A program made the position numbers and the translations under genes. A stretch of DNA of 59,129 nt, the filler included, from Rhizaria sp. SCN 62-66 (taxonomy: Eukaryota): NCBI GenBank assembly GCA_001724265.1. It is 4 parts of 4 records of this genome, joined end to end, with 100 filler letters (N's around TTAATTAATTAA, not from the genome) between each part and the next. Parts side by side here need not be neighbours in the genome. Positions count along the whole stretch, not along the records: positions 1 to 14,654 come from MEDY01000503.1; 3 more parts are not named here. One strand, 5' to 3'. Below, piece by piece: positions 1 to 10,500 of this stretch. Under the pieces are notes generated by a model. That model saw only the letters and a program-made list of their open reading frames with translations. It ran no database searches and had not been told where the DNA came from. The stretch's first letter is position 1, and each line of letters begins with the position of its first letter.

Positions 1-1304
1 GGTCCCGGCTGTCGCTGCTGGGACTGGGCCGGCGTGTGCCGCCGCGCGCGGCCGCGCACGACATGACGACGCTGGACCTGCAGGCGGCGCGGCAGGCGCA
101 GGCGCGCAAGGTATCGCGCTGCATCGTGACCATGGCGCTGGCCACGGGCGCCGCCGAGGAGGCGCAGCTCGGCCAGGCCCCGCCGCAGCAGCTGGCGCAG
201 GTGCAGGAGCACGAGGACGAGAGCGCCGCCAACAGCGCCGCCGCCACTGCTGCCGCCTCGCCTTCCTCGGCCAACGCCGCCGCCGCTGGCGCTGCGGGCT
301 CTGGCTCTGCCTCAGTCTCACCCTCTTCAGCCGCGGATGCGACGGCGACGGCGACCGCGAAGCCGTGGGGGCAGGCGGCCGCGGCCGCGGCCGCGGCCGC
401 GCCCGCGCTGCCCGCGTCGTCGCCGCCCGTGACGTCGCCGCCCGTGACGCACAACATCCGGCCCTCGTCGATCGCCAACAACGCGGCCGCGTCCGCGTTC
501 CGGCCCGTGCTTTCGCTCCCGCTGCCCCCTGTCGCGCCCACCGCCACCAACAGCGCCTCGCTCAACGCTAACGGCAGCAGTGGCTCGACGTCGCCGGCGG
601 CCGCTGCGGCGGCGCTCGCGGCCGCGCGCCCCGGCTCGGTCAAGGCCGCCGCCGCCGCCGCCGCTGCTGCTGGCTCCGGCTCTGGCTCCGGCTCCGGCTC
701 GGCCTCGGGTTCTGGCTCTGGCTCCAGCGGCCCCAGTCCCAGCAGCAGTAACGCCAGCGGCAGCTTCAGCGCCATTGGCGCTAGTGGCAGCGGCAACGGC
801 AGCGCTAGACCCAGCGCCAGCAGCGGCAGCCACAGCCACAGCAACGTCAGCTCTGTGCCCCCTCTTGCGGCGCGCCTGGGCGCCCTGAACCTGGCTGCTA
901 ACGGCGGCGGCAACAGCTTCAGCGGCAGCCACATCAGCGCCGCCGCCGGCCACAGCGTCAGCACGGCCCCCGGCACGCCCGCGTCGGCCTTCGCGACGCC
1001 GCGCGCGCTGCCTTCGCTGCCCGCCGCGCCCGCCAGCGCCGTCTCCGCTGGCGCCGGCCAGAGTCATTCGGTGCCGTCGTCGGCGGCCGCGACACCGCAG
1101 CAGATGCCCGCGACGCCGCAGCGCATGCCGCAGTCGCCCAGAGTGCAGGGCGGCGCGGGCGCGGGCGGGCGGCCGTCGTTGCCAGTGCCGACGCTGCCCC
1201 CGTCGGCCGAGGCGGCCGAGGCGGAGCTGGAGGCGCTTGACGCGCCGCCGCCGCCGCCGCACCGCGACGACACGCCGCCGCCGCCGCCACCTGACGACGA
1301 GTGA
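1..1304 (+). CDS. 3' part of a low-complexity Ala/Ser/Gly/Pro-rich protein, open from the window edge; function unknown
   Basis: Frame open from position 3 (SRLSLLGLGRRVPPRAAAHDM...) to TGA at 1302-1304; GC-rich codon usage; ends in poly-Pro (PPPPPHRDDTPPPPPPDDE); abrupt switch to T-rich 3' sequence after the stop. Confidence 0.75.
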   Translation, partial: SRLSLLGLGRRVPPRAAAHDMTTLDLQAARQAQARKVSRCIVTMALATGAAEEAQLGQAPPQQLAQVQEHEDESAANSAAATAAASPSSANAAAAGAAGSGSASVSPSSAADATATATAKPWGQAAAAAAAAAPALPASSPPVTSPPVTHNIRPSSIANNAAASAFRPVLSLPLPPVAPTATNSASLNANGSSGSTSPAAAAAALAAARPGSVKAAAAAAAAAGSGSGSGSGSASGSGSGSSGPSPSSSNASGSFSAIGASGSGNGSARPSASSGSHSHSNVSSVPPLAARLGALNLAANGGGNSFSGSHISAAAGHSVSTAPGTPASAFATPRALPSLPAAPASAVSAGAGQSHSVPSSAAATPQQMPATPQRMPQSPRVQGGAGAGGRPSLPVPTLPPSAEAAEAELEALDAPPPPPHRDDTPPPPPPDDE

Positions 1305-2180
1305 GCAGTGAGCAAGTGGGCGATTGAGTGAACGAGTGAGCGGTGGGCGGTGGGCCGCAGCAATGAGGCAGCGCGAGCTACGAGTGCGCAAGTGTGCGAG
1401 TGTAGTAACTGTGAGTGAACTGGCTTTCTGTTTCTCTTAAGAAAGTTTACTTGTGATTTTTTAAACATTTTTTTTTTGCGTTTGTTGATGCTTGTTGGTC
1501 GTTTTGTTTCTTTTTTCTTCGTTCATTCTCTTTTGAGAATGGTCCTGTGTACAGACTGTTTTTTTTTCAAAGCTTTTTTAATGTTTTGTGGATCAACTAA
1601 CCATATCATTACTTCCTGCATCATTGTATGCCGAGTTAGTCGAGCGTGTGTACAATCTAATAACCTCCGCCTTTCGCGCACGGGTTGCTCTGTTGTTGTT
1701 TCCGGACTTCTTTGTGATGCATTGCAAACGGAAATTGCAGCTTTTCTTTTTCTCACGCATCAGTTGCAGTTTGCCAAGGGCTGTAGCTTTAATACATTCA
1801 CTTTTGCTTGTTTTTCAGTGTCCTTCATCCTGTGTTTTAAGTTGCAGGAGAGAGGTTTCTCTGACGCTTTAAGAGAGTGGCCAAATTGAGTTGATATCAC
1901 TACGTTCAGAATATACTCTTCTGACATTGATTTTAATTTCACTAAGTCTTGGTTATGATGCAAAGTGATCAAATACTATTTCTTCTCCAGTCGAACCTTC
2001 AAGCAAGTTCCGAAAAATAATTAAGTGATTTCTCGAAGTGACCGTGAGCAACAAGTAGGACTGCCAAAGGGGGCAATGGGGTGGGTCTCGAGGGGGAGAC
2101 GAAATCGGGGATTGTGCCCGACAACAGTCGACTAGGTGATTGTTGACCCAGATATCCTCTTGGGTTAATACAAAGACATC

Positions 2181-3854
2181 ATGAAGTCCATTCTTCTGAT
2201 GTGTCTGGTGATGCTTGTCGCATCCTGGGCTTACGAGCTTCCCGTCAACTCGGGCGCTCTTGAGGTACGTTCTCGTTTCGTCCTTTCGCCTTCTGCCCCG
2301 CTCCCTGTGTCCTTTCTTCGTCCTCTTGCTCTATTTTCAGATAACGTCAGCTTAGGACAGATCCACCAAGCGCACCTTTGTGTTCTTCTGTCCGGCCCTT
2401 GCGGCTCTATTGACCGTCCAATCCATGCTTGCAACTCTCTCTTGTCCCTTGCCTTCGTCCCCTCTCTGTGACCCTTCTCTCACCTCTTCCCTCGCTTCCT
2501 CCCGTCTCATTTCGCCTCTCTCGTCATTCTACAAAACTTCTTCACCATTTTCTGCAACCCATTCCGTCGCCAACCCGCTCTTCCGTCCTGTTGGCGCCCT
2601 TCGCTACCCCGCCCCGTCTCTGTCCACGCCCACTCTCTTCCACAGCCTTCCGCGTCGATGGTGCCCAGCTTCATGGAGATGCTGGACGACCCCGCCGCCA
2701 CCGAGGCGGTCGTGCTGGACGCCTACGTGCCCACCTTGATCACGGCCAACAACTCTATTTCCTACCCCAACGGCACCAACTTCGCCATCGGCTCCGCCGA
2801 GGGCCGTGTCGCGCTCAACATCACGCGCTGCAACGGCGTCCAGTGCGCCAACGGCGGCTCCTGCGACACGGGCGTGTGCACCTGCGCCGCCGGCTTCTCC
2901 GGTTCCCGCTGCGAGATTGACCTGTGCACGGGCGTCGCTTGCCCGCTGGGCCACCGCTGCCAGCTTGGCCAGTGCGTGCTCGACCTCTGCTACCGCGTCT
3001 ACTGCCGCAACGATGGCAAGTGCGACCAGGGCCGCTGCACATGCGTCAACGGCTTCTCCGGCTCGCTCTGCGAGGTGGATCCCTGCACGAGCCTCCAGTG
3101 CCAGAACGGCGGCCTCTGCAAGCTGCCCGGCCAGTGCCACTGCCTCAACGGCTTCTCCGGCAGCACGTGCGAGATCGACTCGTGCTTCAACGTGCCCTGC
3201 GCCAACGGCGGCAAGTGTATGTACGGCAAGTGCATCTGCCCGCCCGAGTACGAGGGCGTGGACTGCACGATCAAGACCGAGGCGCTCAAGGACCAGGAGC
3301 AGTACTCGGCCAAGATCGGCAAGCTCGAGGGCCAGATCGGCCGCACCCAGGTCGCTGTCGACGTCATCCGCAACGCCGTGGACCCCGCGGCGATCAGCGC
3401 GACCTTCGCCGAGGTGTTCCGCTACCACGCCGAGCACGACATGGAGGAGGCCGTGGAGAAGGCGCGCCAGGACTGGCTCAAGCCGCAGGTGCGCGGCGTC
3501 GCGCCTGTGCGCCGCCGCGAGCTCAAGATGCCCAACACGCCCTACGAGAACGCCAAGATCTACGAGGACCAGGCTCTGGCGTACGCCAAGGGCCACGAGA
3601 CCCGCCAGCGCAAGTTCGTCGACGCGCTCAAGTTGATCAACGTGACGGACGAGAACCTCAAGTACCGCAAGGAGTCGATCAGCAAGGACGTGCCTGGCGC
3701 CGAGAATATCTCGACGCCCTTCGGCCGTTTCGCGCAGATCCACGACAAGTACGCGCCCGATGTGTCGCTGCTCGAGGCCGACCTGGCGCAGCACCGCGCT
3801 GAACGCGCCGAGCTCGCGCAGTCCATCCTCGCCGCCGACGACCTCCTCGTCTAA
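2181..3854 (+). CDS. Secreted EGF-like repeat protein with a C-terminal helical/coiled-coil region (~430 aa; exons 2181-2264, 2646-3854)
   Basis: Signal-peptide-like MKSILLMCLVMLVASWA; phase-0 intron GTACGT(2265)...CACAG(2645) joins it in frame to ORF 2658; four 6-Cys EGF-type repeats (e.g. CNGVQCANGGSCDTGVCTCAAGFSGSRCE) plus one 4-Cys module; no obvious TM helix. Confidence 0.85.
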
Positions 3855-4589
3855 GCGGACGAAGAGTCGGTGCGAGTCGTGTTGGGTGGTTGATGTTTGA
3901 GATGGTTTGGTTTGGTTTGGTCAGTGGTTTTATGTTCTATTAGCACAAATAAGGACATCGGAGGCTCTCATGCTGTCTCCCTACGTGATAACACACTCAG
4001 TCAGTTGTACTTCTTGCTTTTGCGTTTGCTTTGGCTTTGTAGAGCTGAACGTGTGCTGTTTGTATGGAGGGTTAGGGTTGTTGAGCGTGTCTGCGCGTCC
4101 GTGATTCAAATACACAGTGTTACAATAAGATAACGCGAAGGATTAGCTTTTCTTGACATTGGTAAGAATTTTGAAGATTCGTTTAAATGTCATTTGTATT
4201 CGTTGCCATCCATGTTACACAAACTGAGTGCGATTCTTTGTTATAACCAATCGGTTGACACCGGCCGATCGTGGCTGGCGTTAACTGGCGTGAACTAAAC
4301 CGTGCAAATTGGGGAAAAGTGCGGCGATAAAAAGTGGAGATAATCTCTGTCTTAGCATTGTTTATGCGGCAAATTATTGCGCTTCCGGAATATATCAGTG
4401 GGTTTGAGTGAGATATTTAAAATAATTTTGTTGTTTAACTCACATTATGCGTCTACACACGTCTTTTGCTGCAGCCTCTTTCGTCCCACACAAACCCAGT
4501 CTTGCCGCGTCCGCTCGCTTCGTGTTGAACCTCTCCACGGACTTCTTTTACCGCGAGCCTCAGCGACACCGCTGCCCCCGCAGCCTCCG

Positions 4590-7500
4590 ATGAGCTTTGC
4601 TGCCTCCCGCGGCGCGCGACGCGCGGTCGGCTCCGCAGCGTCCGCAGCCTCTGCAGGCACAGTAGCGAGCGCGGCCACACTGCTAGCACAGCCGTCCGCG
4701 CATGCGCACACAGCCGCCGCGCGCACGCTGTTTAGCGGCCCCGTGCAGCAACAACTGCCACAGCAGCTCCAGCAGCTTCAGCTTTTGCAGCAGCAACAAC
4801 AACAGCGTGGCTTCGCCTCTTATGCCTCTGGCTCCGGCGCCGGCTCCGGCATTGGCCCCGGCTACCCGGTCATCGGCGCTGGCAAGGGCCACGTCGAGTT
4901 TGACAACCAGAACAAGGTGACTGCCGATGGTAGCTTTATGCTGCTGGCGGCGGCGCTCTCCAACACGCGCGTCTCCGGGCAGACGCAGGAACAGAAGAGC
5001 CAGTCGCTGTCGCGCGAGGCCTTCGCGCAAGCGCTGGCCGCGGCGTCCGCGGCGACCGGCAGCCAGTCGGCCGAAGAGGCCGCGCGGGACGCCGCCGCGG
5101 AGGCCGCGGCCGAGGCGCTGCTGCAGCAGTGGCGCGACGGCGAGACGCTCAGCCTCAAGACGGCCGCGGCCGCGGGGGCGCGGCGGCGGCAAGATCTTGA
5201 GCAGGATCAGGATCAGGATCAGGATCAGGATCAGGATCAGGATCAGGAGCAGGAGCCTGAGGAGCCTCTGGATGACGGCGGGTTTGTCACCTCCAACGCC
5301 TTCGACGACATCTTTGCCGAGCTCGCCGAGCACAACCAGCGCATCCTCGACCTCCGTCACAGCCTCATGCACCAGCGCTCCGTCCGACAGGTACGCTCCA
5401 CAGTGATGACTCTCTGAGTTTATGTTGTTTAAGTTTGTTGACTTGAGAGTGTTGTAGTTTAGTGAATATTTTGACGCATTTGTATTTAAATAGCTGTTTT
5501 CTAACTATTTTTATTTTATTATTTGTCCTTTTTTCCCCCCGCATGCAGGCGCTCGACTCTGACAGTCAGCGCCGCGACCCCTCCGGCTGGCCCGTCTTCT
5601 CGTCCTCCAGCGCCGAGCTCGACAGTCGCAGTTCTCCCTCTGGCAGCGACGGCAGCGGCCAGTCTTCCGCGGCCTCAGCGGACGAGATCCCCGCCGAAGC
5701 GGACGAAATCCCTACCACCGCCTCCGCCTCCGCCTCCGGGTTCGGCCGCCGTCAGTCCGCTGGCTCTGGCAGCAACGGCAGCGGCGGTGCCGCCAACAGC
5801 GGCTCCAGCGGCCGCGCCGGCGCGGGCTCCGCGGGCGCGAGCCTGGTGCACGACGCCGAGTTCGCACGGCGCGTGGCCTCACTGCGCGCGCTGATGGGCC
5901 GGCTGCCCGACTTCTTCGCGCCAGGCGCGCCGCAGCTGCGCCGCGAGCAGTACTCGACGCTGGCGCAGGCCGCCGTGCGCGCCGAGAACGCGCAGCTCGT
6001 GCTGGCCGCGCTCGCGCACCAGTACGCGAACCCGCGGCTCTTCTTCTCGCGGCGCACGCAGGTTGAGATGGCCAACTTCCTCTCGTTCAAGGGCTACCTG
6101 GTTGAGGCGCTACGCCTGCTCGCCTGGATGAGCGCGCACTCGATCCGCCCCCGGCACATGTACCCCTACCTCTGCTTCCTGCGCTGCTGTTTGCGCCGCG
6201 AGGTGCCGCTCGCGCCGCTCCCGCTCCCCGAGGCCGACACCTCTGTCTCCGCCGCCGCCGCTGCCGCCGCCGCCGCCGCCTCTGTCTCCACCGCCTCCCC
6301 CGCGGCCGCGGACGTGGCCGCCTCGGCGAGCGCCGCGGCGGCGGCCGAGGCGGACGCGGCTGCGCTGTCCGAGGCCGCGCGGTCGGCGGTGTGCGACCGC
6401 CACTGGGCGCTCGAGGACGTCCTCGCGTTGCCGCCCTGCGCGCTGCCCTACTCGCTCGTCAACTCGGGCCTGGCCGCGCGCTCCGCGGCCGGGCCAGACG
6501 GCGTGCCGCTGCCGTCGCTATCGGAGCTGGCGCGGCTGTGCTTCGTCGAGATCCTGACGCACCACGCGCGCACCGCGTCGCCCGCTGCCGTGGCCGAGGC
6601 GGGCTCGCTCGTCGCCGCCGCCTTCGCGCGCGCCGGCCGCGGTCCCGCGCTCGCGCGCTGGCTCTTCACCGCGGGCCCCGTCGCGCTGCCCGGCCGCGCG
6701 CCGCTGGAGCTGCTGGCCGAGCCCGCGGCCGCGGCGACGCTCGAGCGGCTGCCGCAGCTCGAGGCGCGCCTGCTGCTGCGCGCGCTGCGGCCGCTGCTGC
6801 CCGCGTCGCTGCCCGCGCCCGCGGCGGGGCCCGTGCTGGCACTGGCCGAGGCGGCCAACGACCTCACGCTGGCCGTGCGCGTCTCCGCGGCGCTGGCCTC
6901 GGTCGATGACATCGCCGCCGCGGACTGCCGAGACCCTGCCGAGCGCGCGGACGTGCTCGGCGCGCCGCTGCTGCCCAGCGTCAGCGACCTGCGGCTGCCG
7001 GCGGCCGAGCTCGCCGCCCTCAGGGAGCTCGCTTCGAGCGCCAGCAGCGCAAGCAGCGCCAGCGGCGACGACGACGCGGTCGACGTCGCCGTGGACGACG
7101 CGACTCTGCTGAGCCTGGCCGCGGGCGCCGTGCTACAGGGCCCGCCACTGCTGCCCGAGACGGCGCGCCTGGCGCTCGTCGCGGCCGACGAGCCCTGGGT
7201 CGAGCGCCACGGCCCGCCCTGCATGCTCGTCGCCAACGCCGCCGCGGCCGCCGCGCTGCCCGAGCGCGCGGCGCGCGCGCTGGCGTCGCCCGCGGCGGCG
7301 CGCGTGTCGTTGTCGTGGCGCGACGACTACGCGCCGCTTCTCGCGCTGCCGCCCGCCGCGCGCGCCGCGCTGTCGGTCACGGCGGACCTCCTGCCCGTGT
7401 CGGGCGCGCTGCTCCGCATGCTGCTCTCGCGGCGCTGCCTGGCCACGGCTTACGAGCTCTGGCTCGCCACACTGCACGCCGCGCTGTGTCCCGGCGCGCC

Positions 7501-10500
7501 GCGGCCCCGGGTCGACGCCGACCTGCCCGCAGAGCACGCGCCACGCGACGCGCTGCGCGCCTCCGGCGCCGCCCTCGCACTCAGGCTCGACCTCGACGCT
7601 GACGCCTACGCCAAGGCCGACGCCGACAACGGCCCTGACGCCGATGACGACGCCGACGCCGACGCTGACACCAACGCTGAAGTTCACGCCGACGCCGCCG
7701 AGGCGCAGCTGGTGCGGATGCCGCCCGGCGTGGCGTTGCGCCTGCGCTGGGGGCTCGCGTTCGAGCGGCGCCCCGAGGCCGTGATGCCCTGGCTGCTCGA
7801 CTACGTCAAGCCGAACGACAAAGACCACAGCAAGAAGTCCAACAAGTTAAATGTCGATACCTCCGTGCCGCTGCCTGCCTCCGCGCTGCCGACACTTCTG
7901 CCGCTGGCGGGGCTCCAGGATCGGCCCTCCAAGCCTGTCTCCGCGGCCGTGGCCGCCGCCGCCGACGCTGCGGAGGCGGCCGCGGCGCCGAGCGCGAGCG
8001 CGAGTGCCGCCGCGCTGGCGGCCGCGGCGGCCGACTTGCTCCCGACCGCCGTCGACAAGGCCGCGACCGCCGAGGCCGAGGCCGCGGCCGAGGCCGCGGC
8101 GGCGGCGGCGCAGCTGGGCCCGCGGCCGTTTGTGCCGGCGGCGACGGAGCTGTCGTCGTTCTTCTCGCAGTCGCTGGGCGCGCTGCTGACGCAGGCCGCG
8201 GCCGTGGACCGGCCCTTCGCGCACTACCTTCTCCGCACCTTCGGACTCGGGTACGCCACAGACACAGACCAGAACACAAGAAAGATATCTCAGCGATATT
8301 TCGCCATTTTAATGCTTCATCAAAATTCATGTACTTTATTTCGTATTATATTCACTTTTATATATGACAAAAAGCTCTCACATATATCTATAACCCTCAA
8401 CTTTTGTTTCTGTCTTGCACACTCAGTCTGCCGCAGTCGTTTTTCCCCGCGACGCGCGCCCGGTCGCGGCCGGTGTCGCTGCCGATGGCCGCGCGCTTGC
8501 TGCCGCTGTCGGAGCCCGCGCAGCCGCTATTTCCCCTGATCGCGGCGGCCTTCTACGTCTCGACCGCGCCCGACGGCAAGGTGCGCGTGTCGCGCGCGCG
8601 CACGCCCAGCGGCGTCAAGTACGCACTGGGCGCGCCGCCGGGGCCGCTGGCGGGCCACGCGAGCCTCGCCGCGCACGTGGCGGCCGCGCTGCCCACACTG
8701 GCCTCGGCGCCGCCCGGCACGGACGCCGGCTGCGGCGACGAGGCCGTGGCCGCCGCCGCGCTCGTCATGCAGCATGAGCACTACCAGGCGCAGCTCGCGA
8801 GGCAGGCGCGGCTCGCGGGCGGCCGCGGCAACGCGGCGCGGGCGGAGCCGCTGCTGCTGCCGCTGCCAGTTCTTGCGCACGGCGCCTCGGCGGCGGCGGC
8901 GCGCGCGCAACGTACCGTCGACGGCGCCCCGCCTGCCATCGAAGCCCCGCTGTCGAAGCCGTTGTTGCACGGCGTGACGCAGCTCGTGCTGCGCTACCAG
9001 GCCGGCTTCCAGCCGCGCCTTGCTGCCGCCGTGTGGAGCGAGCTGCAGGCGCTGCGTGGGCTTCTTCCGGCCCAGGCCCCGCAGGCGCGCACGCTCGCGT
9101 CGCTGCTCTACCACCTCGCCCGCTCCCGCCTCCTCTGCAGGGTCCGTCCCATAGACGCGCAACATTGTCGCCATGTTTACCTTGTTTTCGCTATTTAAGA
9201 TTACATGTATTTTTTTAGTTCGGTAATTTACTAATATCTTTTAAACATATTCTTAAATGCTCACATATCATATCCTGTGGTCTCTTTCTGTTCTCTCGCT
9301 TTTTGCTTCCCCTTGCTTCCTTCTTGCTTCCCTCGTTCTTCAGTCGCTGGGCCTCTCGCTGGCGCATCTGGGCCGCGGGCGCGAGTACGCGGAGCTGTGG
9401 CGGCAGCACCACCAGGCGTGGGGCAACCCGCGCACGCCGCCCACGGTCGCGCTGCCGCTCGCCAGCCTGCCTGAGCTGGGCCTGCGCCTCGCGCGCAACC
9501 GCGCCGCCAGCTCGCGCGGAGGCGACGGCTCTCCCGCAGGGGCCGGGGACGGGGAGCTGGTCGTGGTGCAGGCGAGCTCTCGCGCGGCGCGCGGCACGGC
9601 GGCGCACGACGCGCTGCTCGACGAGCTTTTCGCCTCGGTCGACGGCATCTCGGTCGCCGCGCTCGACCGGGAGACCGAGGCCGCGCTGGCCGCCGCCGCC
9701 GCCGCGGGTCCTGGCTATGACGGCGTCGAGCGCTCGACGGCGCAGGCCGCGGCGCTGGCCGAGCTGCGGCGCGCGCAGGCCCGCGACGACGCGCTGGCCG
9801 CGGCGCGCGCGCGCGAGCGCTTTGTGTCCGTCGACGTGTCGACGGGCCGCGTCGTCGCCGTCTTCGAGGCGCCACCGGATAGCCAGCAGATCCACGTCCC
9901 CAGCGGCGACGCCGCCTACTTCAACGCGCTGCGCCTCGCCTCGGCCGCTGAGACCGCGCACCAGGTACGCAGATTCGTCAAAAACAAAACCAATAGTTTC
10001 ACTCCAAAAATATATTTATATCTTACTGTACGTACATATTTTTTTCCCTCACTTTTTTTTAAATTGTGTTTTTTTTCTCCTTGTTGGTCTGTCCCGCCAG
10101 GTGGCGTTGTTGGACGCGACGAGCATGGGCGCGGGCGTGGGCGCTAGCTCGTCGGCGCGCTCGGCTGCGCAGCAGTACTACGGCGCCTCTGCGGACGCCG
10201 CGGTGGGCTTCGTGCACCGCGGCACGAGCGCGGGCGCCGCGGCCGGCTTCGGCTTCAGCGTCGGCGGCGTCGGCGTCGGCGTCGGGGGCGGCGTCGGGGG
10301 CGGCGTCGGGGGCTCCTCGCGCGCGCAGGCGCAGACGCAGGCGCAGCTGTTGGCCGCTGCCGCCGCCGCCGCCGCGCCGGGCCGCGTGCGCAGCGAGGAG
10401 GCCGCCGACGCCGCCGCGCTCGCGGAGAACCTCTCGCCGGTCGCCGTCGCGCGCCGCGCCGCGCGCGCCGCGGCCGTGGACCTGGAGCTCAAGCAGCGCG

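Noticed and set aside
9303-10100. N-terminal part of the 1371-aa ORF-track entry
   Set aside because: Wrong frame for the exon and runs through an AT-rich intron; the real exon 9344-9964 is in the 9257 frame.
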